IMG/VR virus record: IMGVR_UViG_3300032116_000033
Location: 32,001-96,000 of that record
Length of the DNA stretch: 64,000 nt
Direction: 5' to 3' (one strand)
From: a virus
In this document: positions 46,800 through 55,380 of the stretch, one piece after another
Numbering within the stretch: the first letter of the stretch is position 1
How the letters are laid out: every line of letters starts with the position of its first letter
Translations under genes and position numbers: made by a program
Notes under the pieces: model-generated
Database searches by the model: none
What the model was told of the DNA's origin: nothing
What the model saw: the letters and a program-made list of their open reading frames with translations, nothing else

Positions 46800-47547
46800 C
46801 GATGAGTCCTCGTTCTCTTAGGATCTTGAGCACGGTGAGAAAGTTGGCGTAGAAGTTTCTGCTGGCGACGCCGAACCGTGGGCCGTCATACTGCTCTATG
46901 ATGGTACATATGTCGCGGCTGCCCGTCTCCTCTACCGCTCGCTGCACGCCCCTTAGGCCGTGGTTGTATGCCGTTATGGCAAGCGGCCAAGACTTCAGCA
47001 CTCTGTATTTCTCTACGAGGACGTGGATGCCGACCTTGGTGTTGTACTCGGGATCTTTGAGCTTCTTGGGGTCAAAGCCGTACATCTTTGCGGTACCGGG
47101 CATGACCTGCCACATGCCCACTGCACCGACCTTGGACCGTGCCTTGGGATTGTATCCGGACTCGACGTGCGGCAAGACCTTGATCTCGAGCGGGATGCCT
47201 TTGGCCTTTATGTTCTTGACGACCATCTTCTTGTGGGTCTTGTAGCGCGTGATCCCTTCCTCGAACATCGATTTCACGCCCTTCTGGACGCGGATCTTGA
47301 CGCCTTTTTTCTCGTACTTTGCCTTTATGGCCTTAACGAGTTCTGTCCTCTTCTTGTCGTCATCTGGAAGATCCACGATCTCCATGATCTCGAGCGTCTC
47401 TTTCTCGAAGACGATGCCCTTGTCCTCGTCGTACTTCGTGTAGACGTCGTACCAGAAGTCTACCGCCTTGGCGAGACAGGCGGGTTCCTTGAAGTTCTCG
47501 GCGCGTGCCGATCCGGCGATGAGCATGAGTGCCATTACGATTCTCAC
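46774..47547 (-). CDS. MltD-like lytic transglycosylase with signal peptide
   Basis: LPHVESGYNPKARSKVGAVGMWQVM, LAITAYNHG, FGVASRNFYANF. Confidence 0.88.
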   Translation of the reverse strand: MRIVMALMLIAGSARAENFKEPACLAKAVDFWYDVYTKYDEDKGIVFEKETLEIMEIVDLPDDDKKRTELVKAIKAKYEKKGVKIRVQKGVKSMFEEGITRYKTHKKMVVKNIKAKGIPLEIKVLPHVESGYNPKARSKVGAVGMWQVMPGTAKMYGFDPKKLKDPEYNTKVGIHVLVEKYRVLKSWPLAITAYNHGLRGVQRAVEETGSRDICTIIEQYDGPRFGVASRNFYANFLTVLKILRERGLIDERKNKAK

Positions 47548-47739
47548 TGTTGATCTCCGTAGTCCAGATTACGTTCAAGCTCGAACATGATCATGTGCGC
47601 GACGAACCATCTTTGGGCCTGCCTAGTGTCCGACTGTATCCTAGACAGAAGCCACTCCTGGCGGTCTCCTCGCGGGACATCGTCGTCGATCTGTCGGCGA
47701 GCTTCCTTGAAGAGCTCCAGAGCCTCAAGATCTTCTTCC

Positions 47740-47937
47740 TCATCTTCCATTATCCATGTTGCCATTTTCGACCTCTATATCAAGCATCTCGTACTCGCTG
47801 CCAGAGACGCCGTATCTCGCGTAGTCTCCCCCGCCGTCGATGAAGCACGACTTACACTTGCACCAGCGACAGTCGTGGCGATGCCGAGACCACACTATGT
47901 CGTTACACTTCAGGCACTTTATCGCCGGCACCATCAT
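47740..47937 (-). CDS. small Cys-rich phage protein
   Basis: CLKCNDIVWSRHRHDCRWCKC..IDGG. Confidence 0.6.
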   Translation of the reverse strand: MMVPAIKCLKCNDIVWSRHRHDCRWCKCKSCFIDGGGDYARYGVSGSEYEMLDIEVENGNMDNGR

Positions 47938-48159
47938 CGCTCGGCTCCTTGTACTCGTAGGGTTTCCAGTAAGCGATCCAGTCGTCTACCGGGATTCTCA
48001 CGCTCTGAGTGATGTCCATCGGCCATGGTCTGTGGCGTTCGCCGATGTTCCACCACTCCACCTTCATCTTCAGGAGTCGCTTCTCTTTCGCGTAGAAGCA
48101 CTTCAAGACCTTCAGCGCGACGTCTTTGTTGTTGACGTGCTTGAACATTCCTGTAGGTC

Positions 48160-48972
48160 TCATAGATCGCTCTTGAGAAGGTTTTCCATGAAAGCCACGT
48201 CGTGGCCGCACGAGTCTTTCCATGCATGCTCTGCGTCCTCGCGCTCCCACGCCCACTGCCGCATGCTGCCCTGACCGCTGACGGCGATGTGGCCTTTTAC
48301 GATGGCAAGTAGCGCAGAGGCCCTCGCGTCGTCTCCGGCAAGCCATGCAAAGAAGGCGTTCTCGGGCTGACGAGAAGTGAGCTTCTTGGCTGCTTTCTTT
48401 GCGAGCCACGAGATCTTCGACCGGCCTCTTCTAGCGATCACAAGCGACAAGAGCGTCACACCCACCAGGTGAAGCGTGTATCCCAGCGGGTTGAATCTCG
48501 CAGAGACGTACACGTACGGGACGTGTAGGAACTTGGTGAGTCTGTAGACGAGCGGCACGATCCGCACGCCTGCCTCGATGGCCATCCAGTAGACGCCGGG
48601 CGTCATGACGCAGCGACCGTCCGTGTCGTCGTTGCAGGCTTTGCAGCCGTTGTCGAGCGTGTGCTGGACCCAGCGATGGTAAGCGCCAAGAACGCTGGAG
48701 CCGAACTGGGTCGTGTTCGCTTTTACTGCCGCAAGGCTGAGGCCGGTGGCCATGTCTCGGCTGAACGAGTTGATATGGCGCATGCCTTTGTCGGCCTGCT
48801 CTCGCTTGAGCGGAGACCTGAAGAAAGCACCGTCCTTGCCCTCGCAGCCCAAGATGCCGCTAGAGACGTCTTCGCCTGAGGCGTACATCAGCGCACCCCA
48901 CAGAAGCGAGTCTCCGTCGTCTTGTCCGCCTTTGCACGGGATGCCCTCTACGTACTCTCGGTTCATGTCCAC
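48160..48972 (-). CDS. hypothetical protein
   Basis: 270-aa ORF in the operon; GDSLLWG and FSRDM motifs of unknown role. Confidence 0.6.
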   Translation of the reverse strand: MDMNREYVEGIPCKGGQDDGDSLLWGALMYASGEDVSSGILGCEGKDGAFFRSPLKREQADKGMRHINSFSRDMATGLSLAAVKANTTQFGSSVLGAYHRWVQHTLDNGCKACNDDTDGRCVMTPGVYWMAIEAGVRIVPLVYRLTKFLHVPYVYVSARFNPLGYTLHLVGVTLLSLVIARRGRSKISWLAKKAAKKLTSRQPENAFFAWLAGDDARASALLAIVKGHIAVSGQGSMRQWAWEREDAEHAWKDSCGHDVAFMENLLKSDL

Positions 48973-49343
48973 TCCTTCTCTTGATCAAGTAGACCCGCCT
49001 CGCATGTGTACTCCTGCTCTTTAGAGAGGATACGGTCCATCACGATGTCAGCGCAGCGGATCTGTATGTAGTCGATCGTGTTGCTGTCTAGCCACTTCGG
49101 CTTGTTCTTGGGGTTCTTGTCTAGGACGTAGACCTTCGCGTTGTTCTGGTCCTCTATCCACATCCTGCTGACTTCGCCGATCATCTCGTCGAAGTCGTAT
49201 GGGCCGTGTATGGTCTTGGCCAACAGCCTGCCGTCGTCCCTGGCACCGGTAGACACGGCGACGATGAAGGTCTTGTCGTACAGACCTCGTAGGTCCATGC
49301 TCTCTACCTGAGGTACAAAAGTGCGTTCTGACGAGTCGTTCAT
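48963..49343 (-). CDS. hypothetical protein
   Basis: 126-aa ORF with SD GAGG. Confidence 0.55.
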   Translation of the reverse strand: MNDSSERTFVPQVESMDLRGLYDKTFIVAVSTGARDDGRLLAKTIHGPYDFDEMIGEVSRMWIEDQNNAKVYVLDKNPKNKPKWLDSNTIDYIQIRCADIVMDRILSKEQEYTCEAGLLDQEKEWT

Positions 49344-49421
49344 CTTGACCTCTTGATCGTTTGCGATTGGTCTAACGTTATATACAAAACGTTGATGTCT
49401 TGATACGGAGATGTGGTGGAT

Positions 49422-49928
49422 CTAGGAGTCGAACCAGAACACGAACCTGAACTCGGTCTTGTTGCTGCAGCCCAGAAGAAGGTTCTCTGCCTTCTCCCAG
49501 TCGATGAGCTTGTTGACGTAGTCGATGGCCGAGTAGTCGATCCTCCAGGGTTGGTCGAAGGGGCCGATGTCAAGCGGTACGGTGTCAGACCACTCGGGAT
49601 CTTTTTTGACGATCTTGAAGTATCGGTCGAGCACGCGCTTAAGCTCCTTAGGCGTCAGCCACGACGAGCTGTGGAAGCCGCACTCGTGGGAGTCGGCCCA
49701 CAGCTCGCTCACGAACTCGCACGTGCCTTCAGGTATGCCTCTTGCTGGATATATGGGGCTGTGGTAGGATCTTACGCCGGAAAGGAGACCGAAGAAGACG
49801 TAAGATCTTCCTTCGAGGGAGATGACCGAGCCGTAGTGATCGCTTTCTGGGCTTTTCTTGCCGTCCTCGAGCTGCCATGGACCTTTGTTCGTGCGTTTCT
49901 CCAGGAAGAAATGTACGTCTGTGCCCAC
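49422..49928 (-). CDS. conserved phage hypothetical protein
   Basis: MGTDVH..RSYVFFGLLSGVR..ARGIP..HSSSWLT..RFVFWFDS pattern. Confidence 0.65.
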   Translation of the reverse strand: MGTDVHFFLEKRTNKGPWQLEDGKKSPESDHYGSVISLEGRSYVFFGLLSGVRSYHSPIYPARGIPEGTCEFVSELWADSHECGFHSSSWLTPKELKRVLDRYFKIVKKDPEWSDTVPLDIGPFDQPWRIDYSAIDYVNKLIDWEKAENLLLGCSNKTEFRFVFWFDS

Positions 49929-49941
49929 GTGCAGCCTCTTG

Positions 49942-50712
49942 TCAGTTGATTATGATGTAGTCAGCTTTGTCGGGTCTTTCCTTAAGATCCAGCTCTGCCT
50001 GCTTCTCTTTGCTTGCCTTGATGCTCTGTCTGCTGACTTCTTCGCTGAAGATCCCGTCTGGTGCATCGATCACGTCGACGATCTTGAGCCACCCATCGTT
50101 CGTTTCGGAAACGAGATCGGAGGCGATCCACATGGTCTCCTGGTCGAAATGGAGCTTAAACCACTTCTTTCCGTTTTCGCTTAGGGCATCGAACCTTCTT
50201 CCTGCGATCATCACAGAGATCTCGTCCAGTCCTCTGCGGTCGATCTTGCGCATCTCTCTGGCCAGGATCTCTGCCATGTCTGCGGTGATAACTGCCTGCA
50301 TCACGAACACCCTCGACGGGTGAAACAGAAGCAGCGAGTTCGGCATGGCGTACCGCTCGGTGCAGTGCGGCAGAAGCTGGAAGGCCATGGAAGCCGCCAT
50401 CGTGCCTACGGCGCAGATCACCGGAACGTCTCTTGCTCTTGCGATATCAAGCGCTTGAGTCAGCTGATATCCCGCGAAGACGGATCCACCGGGCGAGTTG
50501 ATGATCACGTAGATCGGGTCCTTAGACTTTGCCGAAAGACGCTCGATCTTGTGAGCCAGATCTATAGCGTTGCCGCCTATCGCACCGATGACGGCTACGG
50601 TTCTTTCTCCGCTAGGCACCTTGAGGTACGTCGGTCCCTTGTGCTTATCGGCAAGCGCCGAAGAAGCCACAAGACTGGCCACAAGCATTACAAACAATCT
50701 TAATTTCTTCAT
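49942..50712 (-). CDS. ClpP/crotonase-like serine protease with signal peptide
   Basis: IINSPGGSV, AASMA (Ser), LLFHP (His); N-terminal MKKLRLFVMLVASLVASSALA. Confidence 0.78.
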   Translation of the reverse strand: MKKLRLFVMLVASLVASSALADKHKGPTYLKVPSGERTVAVIGAIGGNAIDLAHKIERLSAKSKDPIYVIINSPGGSVFAGYQLTQALDIARARDVPVICAVGTMAASMAFQLLPHCTERYAMPNSLLLFHPSRVFVMQAVITADMAEILAREMRKIDRRGLDEISVMIAGRRFDALSENGKKWFKLHFDQETMWIASDLVSETNDGWLKIVDVIDAPDGIFSEEVSRQSIKASKEKQAELDLKERPDKADYIIIN

Positions 50713-50798
50713 GACTTCTCCATCCTTTAGTAAAAGCACCTAAAGGATGGTTATACTCGCTTTATTTAACTTTGCTCAAGGCCAACCAAGCATCTTCT

Positions 50799-51653
50799 TC
50801 ATCTGAGGAAGATCGCGCTTTTAAGCTCTTCGTACAGCAGCCAAGGATCTTCAATCTCAATTTGATTGCTTTTACGCATGTTGACTTTATGATTCAAAGG
50901 GCGTAAGTTTCTAAGACTGTTCACTATTTTTACATCAAATACTTTGTTTTTTATAAACCAGTCAACAGGCAGGATATGGTCTATCGACCAACCTTCACGT
51001 CCATAGTTGCTCCAAGACATGTCTTCATTGAACTGGGCCTCTATGTGCTCTTTAAACTCTTTCCAAGAGTATCCGAGCATCTCTGTGGTTTTATTTTTAT
51101 TCTTAGTGATGCCGCCTGACTTACATACATTGGCCATAATGCCAGAGAGCATCTTTCTAGCCTTGACGCATTCTAAATAAAAATCCCTATCGTTGCTTAT
51201 GAACCTGCCGTTTTTGACACTGCTACGTAGGCCTGAACTAAAGGAGCATGATCTGCACATCTTTGCGCCATGTGATTTCTTTTTGCCGCATTCGCATACA
51301 TGCTTACCGGTCCAAGCAGGATTAGAAGAGCCTCTAGATCTAGCTGACATACGCTCAGCCTTGAGGATCTGGCACGAATCTTTGCTGCAGTATTTTAATG
51401 AAGTTCTTACCGGATCTCCGCATGAGGCGCATTTGCCCTTTACCTTCTGGGTCTTACCGAACTTATCGCCCATCATCTTGCCGCGAATCTTACCTATACA
51501 CGACGCGCATCTTCCGTTCCAGGCAGGAAGATCGCGACTTATCTTTTCGTATTCTTTGTCGCATTCATCGCATTTAACACATATCTTGTCATAAGCTCTA
51601 GCTTCCTTGACATCATATCCTTTTACTTCTACTGTCTTTTCATATAATATCAT
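50799..51653 (-). CDS. HNH endonuclease (AT-rich)
   Basis: Multiple CxxC; LGYSWKEFKEHIE..MSWSNYG..WSIDHILP..NLRPL. Confidence 0.85.
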   Translation of the reverse strand: MILYEKTVEVKGYDVKEARAYDKICVKCDECDKEYEKISRDLPAWNGRCASCIGKIRGKMMGDKFGKTQKVKGKCASCGDPVRTSLKYCSKDSCQILKAERMSARSRGSSNPAWTGKHVCECGKKKSHGAKMCRSCSFSSGLRSSVKNGRFISNDRDFYLECVKARKMLSGIMANVCKSGGITKNKNKTTEMLGYSWKEFKEHIEAQFNEDMSWSNYGREGWSIDHILPVDWFIKNKVFDVKIVNSLRNLRPLNHKVNMRKSNQIEIEDPWLLYEELKSAIFLR

Positions 51654-51700
51654 TAGATTTTCTCCATGAGATCTAATGATATTATATCAGATCATTAGAC
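51642..51700 (-). promoter_or_regulatory. 17-bp perfect hairpin sequestering the HNH start codon, with TATAAT in its 5' arm
   Basis: 51642-51658 is the exact reverse complement of 51671-51687; SD GGAG in the loop; a third TCTAATGAT copy at 51691-51699. Confidence 0.75.
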
Positions 51701-52471
51701 CTAAATGCCAAGCATCTTCTTCATCTGAGGAAGATCGCGCTCGTAGATGTGCATGGAGTGCGCAGTGTGGGTGTAGGTGCCTTTGGTTAAGTTAGGGTAC
51801 GTTGGTTTGAGCTCTTGAACCAGTCGATCCATCAGGCCGACGAACCACGACAGGTCATACACCAACCCCTTGGACAAATCGTTACTCCTCATAACTATCG
51901 ATAAACTCAGGCGATCTTCGCGAATAAGCCAGTTGCCATGCAGGGTGCACACCTGATCCTTGTTTCCGACCCAGCGGTGCTCAGGTAGAGCGAATGCCAT
52001 AACGGCTTGCCGCGTGTCTTTGTCGGCGATGAGGGCCTGCTTGGCCCATTCCCAGGGAGTACGGTGCGCTTCGCTGAACAGCGGAAACTTCCCGTCATAC
52101 GGATCGCCGAACTCGTAGAGTGCGTTGCCTTGACTGGCGTTCTTCCAGATCAGGTACCCGTAAGCAGAGTTGATCGTCCCGTCTGGGTTAGCGATCTTCT
52201 CCCAGAACTTAGAAGCCTTGGCGAAGTCCTCGACCGAGTTAGAGCAGGAATCGTACAGATCCATCTCTTTTGCCGTGTACTCGGCGATCACTCGGTTGCG
52301 CTCTGGGTCTCTGGTGACGACGGGCTCTGAGACAGGAGACGTGACCCTGAACGTGTAGTCGGTCTTCTCGAGGATCTTCTGCCCGCGCGGGGCACACACG
52401 AAGTCTGGGTTCTCGAGCACGTCTTCTATGGTGCCTAGGTACGCTTCATGGATGTTGCCGTAGATCTTCAT
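51701..52471 (-). CDS. thymidylate-synthase-fold dCMP hydroxymethylase-like enzyme (T4 gp42-like)
   Basis: INSAYGYLIW, DQVCT and MRSNDLSKGLVYD, with Asp at the position of ThyA Asn177; SMHIYE. Confidence 0.75.
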   Translation of the reverse strand: MKIYGNIHEAYLGTIEDVLENPDFVCAPRGQKILEKTDYTFRVTSPVSEPVVTRDPERNRVIAEYTAKEMDLYDSCSNSVEDFAKASKFWEKIANPDGTINSAYGYLIWKNASQGNALYEFGDPYDGKFPLFSEAHRTPWEWAKQALIADKDTRQAVMAFALPEHRWVGNKDQVCTLHGNWLIREDRLSLSIVMRSNDLSKGLVYDLSWFVGLMDRLVQELKPTYPNLTKGTYTHTAHSMHIYERDLPQMKKMLGI

Positions 52472-53075
52472 CGCTCACTCCTTCCTGTCGATCCCGCAGT
52501 GCTTGCAGGCTTCTTTAACAAAGTTGAAGGAGACGTTCACCCACTCGTGCTTGCAGACCTCGGCGTCGCCTTCTTTCCAGTACTTGGAGAAGTACTGGTC
52601 CATGGGGGAGCTGCCGTGGCCGGTGTCGCGGTCCAGCTCGTCCAGGTACCAGGTGTAGCCCGGCGAGTACGGGATGTTGATCTTGCTCTCAGAGTCAGAC
52701 ATCGCTTTATCCTCACTCGTATAGTTCGTCGTCGGCCCGCATCATCATCTCCTGCTTCAGGAACTCGAGTATGCCGATCCACTCGAGGTAGTTGGTGCCC
52801 GCAGGGATGAACTTGTACTGATGTATACCGCTGTCGTTCTTGCCGTTGATTATCAGCATCATGCTGTCGATGTCGTCTCGCTCGATGTGGTCCTTGATCG
52901 CCGGGATGATCTCGCTGAGCATTTCCTGGACCTTGCCGATGTCTCTGAGTGTCATGTTTGCCTCTGTTAGATGGCGTTGTTGCCGTGTTTCTCGCTTATG
53001 AAGGTCAGCGCCTCTCGGATGTACGAGAGCTCGTTTCCTGCGTCTTCGGCGTACAGCGTGAGCACGTAGCCGTAC

Positions 53076-53585
53076 TCACTGTGAAAGACGTTGGCCCCGT
53101 TGTCCTCCGACGGCTGCACGTAGAGCTTGTGGTTCAGTCGGTTCGCGATCAGGTTCACCTTTGACACCAGGGATTCGCTTGTCATGCTGTGCTCCATCAA
53201 GTGAGTCTGCGATCTTGTTTGAGTATCTTATGGCCGCTCTCTCGTGCGGCCTTCGGCTCCAGGGCATCTTGTTTATGCTGCTCAGCTTCTTGTTCTTGTA
53301 GGTCCACCCGGAGCTGGTGCGGCGTATGGCCCCGCTGCGGACCTGGTAGAGGTGGTACGTCTCGTGCGCGACCGTCTTCACCATGTCCCTGTCGGTCGTT
53401 TCGGGGCAGAGCCTGACGACGATCAGGTCTCTGTCGAAGAATATTACCCCGGTCGTGTCGAGGCTTCGCTTGCACCAGCTCGGCCAGCGGTCGACGACCA
53501 CGACCTCTGCAGGAGCGATTCCGAGCGACATGCACATCAGTCTGTGCCATGCTTTTGCCTCTGCGGTCTTCTTTCTCAGCAGCAT
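53076..53585 (-). CDS. putative zinc metallopeptidase
   Basis: TVAHETYHLYQ (HExxH) and PHERAA. Confidence 0.6.
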   Translation of the reverse strand: MLLRKKTAEAKAWHRLMCMSLGIAPAEVVVVDRWPSWCKRSLDTTGVIFFDRDLIVVRLCPETTDRDMVKTVAHETYHLYQVRSGAIRRTSSGWTYKNKKLSSINKMPWSRRPHERAAIRYSNKIADSLDGAQHDKRIPGVKGEPDREPTEPQALRAAVGGQRGQRLSQ

Positions 53586-53948
53586 CTCTAACCTCGTCTA
53601 GTTGCATCGACCCACGATCTTCATCCTGTCGTTGCCGTCTTTCGGCACGAGGATCAGGCAGTCGCCTACGTCCACACCTCTCATCGCGTGGTCGTTGCTG
53701 AGTATCAGCGATTTCTTAAGCGTCTTGAGATCGACCACCGCGACACGATACTTGGCCTCGTCGTCGGGTCTCTTGGGCAGATTTATCGCTATAAAGAGCA
53801 CTATGACCTTCACAGTCTTCCTCCCTTCTTTATGTTTTCGTAAAAACTACGCATACTCTGCTTATAGCGCTGCATCCTACACAGCTCTGAGCATGTCTTG
53901 TAGTTAGACTGCTTTGCGATAAAGCTAAGGCCGCACACTGCGCAAGCT

Positions 53949-54335
53949 TTATTCATCGCTTAGGTCGCCTACGGCTTGCTCGATCTGGGAGGTCCAGACG
54001 CCGTACCCGTAGCGGCGCTTCGTGAGTTTCTTTAAGATCTGACCGCCGCGGTTGTAGATGTGCGTGAATATGAAGGTGGACTCTTTCACCGAGCGACCGT
54101 CCTCGGTGCGGTAGTCTGGGTTGTAGTTGCTGAGCGCGACGCAGACCTCCATGAGGAGGTACTGGCGGATGTCGCGTATGCTCATACCGGTGTTGCCGAG
54201 GGCCACGTCCTGCTTGTGGGGTGAGAGCGAGGCCTCGTTCCAGTTTTTGAGCACCGACTTTCGTATGTACGAGTCGACCATCGGCATGTACTTCTTGATG
54301 TCTTCGTCAGTTAGAGTTCTTTTTATCTTTGTCAT
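53949..54335 (-). CDS. sigma70 region 2-like protein
   Basis: IKKYMPMV..DIRQYLLMEVCVALSNYNPD..KESTFIFTHIYN; no region 4. Confidence 0.55.
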   Translation of the reverse strand: MTKIKRTLTDEDIKKYMPMVDSYIRKSVLKNWNEASLSPHKQDVALGNTGMSIRDIRQYLLMEVCVALSNYNPDYRTEDGRSVKESTFIFTHIYNRGGQILKKLTKRRYGYGVWTSQIEQAVGDLSDE

Positions 54336-54879
54336 GCTTCACCTTTAAGAGGTTGTCTTTTTCCCACAACGGTCGAAGGTTCGTGTAGTGACACGCTTGC
54401 CTGAGCTGCTCATGCACCGAGAGATCGAAGCTGCACAGCGGCACGGCGTGGTCTATGTTCCATCTGTCTTTGCCTTTGCCGTAGTTCTCCCAGGACATGC
54501 CTGGTTCCCACAGTTTCTCTAGATGAGACCTGAGCTCCTCGATCGAGCACCCAAGATCGGCTACGGCAGATCCGTCTTTGGATCGGTTTCTGATCGCGTT
54601 GGCGAGCCTGCTCCTGAGGTTGCAGGAGATCTTGAAGCTTAGGTCCGACTCGAGCTTCTGGCGCCGCTTCTCGTAGAGGTCCTGCTTGTTTCTCTGGAAC
54701 CATCTCGCCTTGGTCTCTGCGACCCTGTCGCTGTTTTTTGCATGCCACTCCGCAGAGCTTTGCTTGGCTTTTTCTTTGTTCTTGGCGTACCACTCTTTCT
54801 TGTTGCATCCGGCGCACTGGGTCTTGTTCTTGTACCATCTCGACGACTCGACCCGGTCGCAGTAGAGGCACCTGGTCAT
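54307..54879 (-). CDS. HNH endonuclease
   Basis: LGCSIEELRSHLE..PGMSWENYG..WNIDHAVP..HYTNLRPLW. Confidence 0.85.
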   Translation of the reverse strand: MTRCLYCDRVESSRWYKNKTQCAGCNKKEWYAKNKEKAKQSSAEWHAKNSDRVAETKARWFQRNKQDLYEKRRQKLESDLSFKISCNLRSRLANAIRNRSKDGSAVADLGCSIEELRSHLEKLWEPGMSWENYGKGKDRWNIDHAVPLCSFDLSVHEQLRQACHYTNLRPLWEKDNLLKVKHDKDKKNSN

Positions 54880-55379
54880 GTCTTCTTCGCCTCGAAGGCG
54901 GCGATCTTGCCGAAGACTACGTTTATGGTCTCTTCGTTGAGCTTGTCAGGATCGATCAGACCGGCGCGCAGTATGAGCTCGGAGAGCCTCTCGTCCGATG
55001 TCGCGATCCTGAACACGTTATCGCGTCTCAGGAGGTTCTTGAACGCCTGTTTCTGTTCCTTGACCTTCTTTGTCTTGCTTGAGCTTCTCTTGAGGTCCAT
55101 CCATCTCATGAGGATGCGATCTCCGGCCAGCTCCACGAAGAACTTGACCAGATCGTACATAGATGTCTTGACCTCGGAGTTGGAGGCGAAATGATCGTAG
55201 ATCACCTTCACGTAGAGGGACCCGTCGTCGACCTCGCTGAACTCTTTGAGCCACGGCGTGTAAGAGTGAGACAAGCGCAGATCGCCGAAGTATTCGTGGA
55301 AGATGATGGTCGCGATATTTTCCTGCTCGAGCGTTTGGCTCTCTACGTACCTGATTGCCTCGATCATAGACGATACCAT
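54876..55379 (-). CDS. hypothetical protein
   Basis: 167-aa ORF with SD GAGG; coupled to the HNH gene. Confidence 0.55.
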   Translation of the reverse strand: MVSSMIEAIRYVESQTLEQENIATIIFHEYFGDLRLSHSYTPWLKEFSEVDDGSLYVKVIYDHFASNSEVKTSMYDLVKFFVELAGDRILMRWMDLKRSSSKTKKVKEQKQAFKNLLRRDNVFRIATSDERLSELILRAGLIDPDKLNEETINVVFGKIAAFEAKKT

Positions 55380-55380
55380 G

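Larger units (their letters stand above)
50786..51741. repeat. perfect 34-bp direct repeat flanking an HNH gene (50786-50819 and 51708-51741)
   Basis: ccaagcatcttcttcatctgaggaagatcgcgct occurs at both positions. Confidence 0.95.

Noticed and set aside
51701-52471. Annotation as ordinary thyA or SPO1-type dUMP hydroxymethylase
   Set aside because: The specificity residue is Asp rather than Asn, and an intact thyX is present
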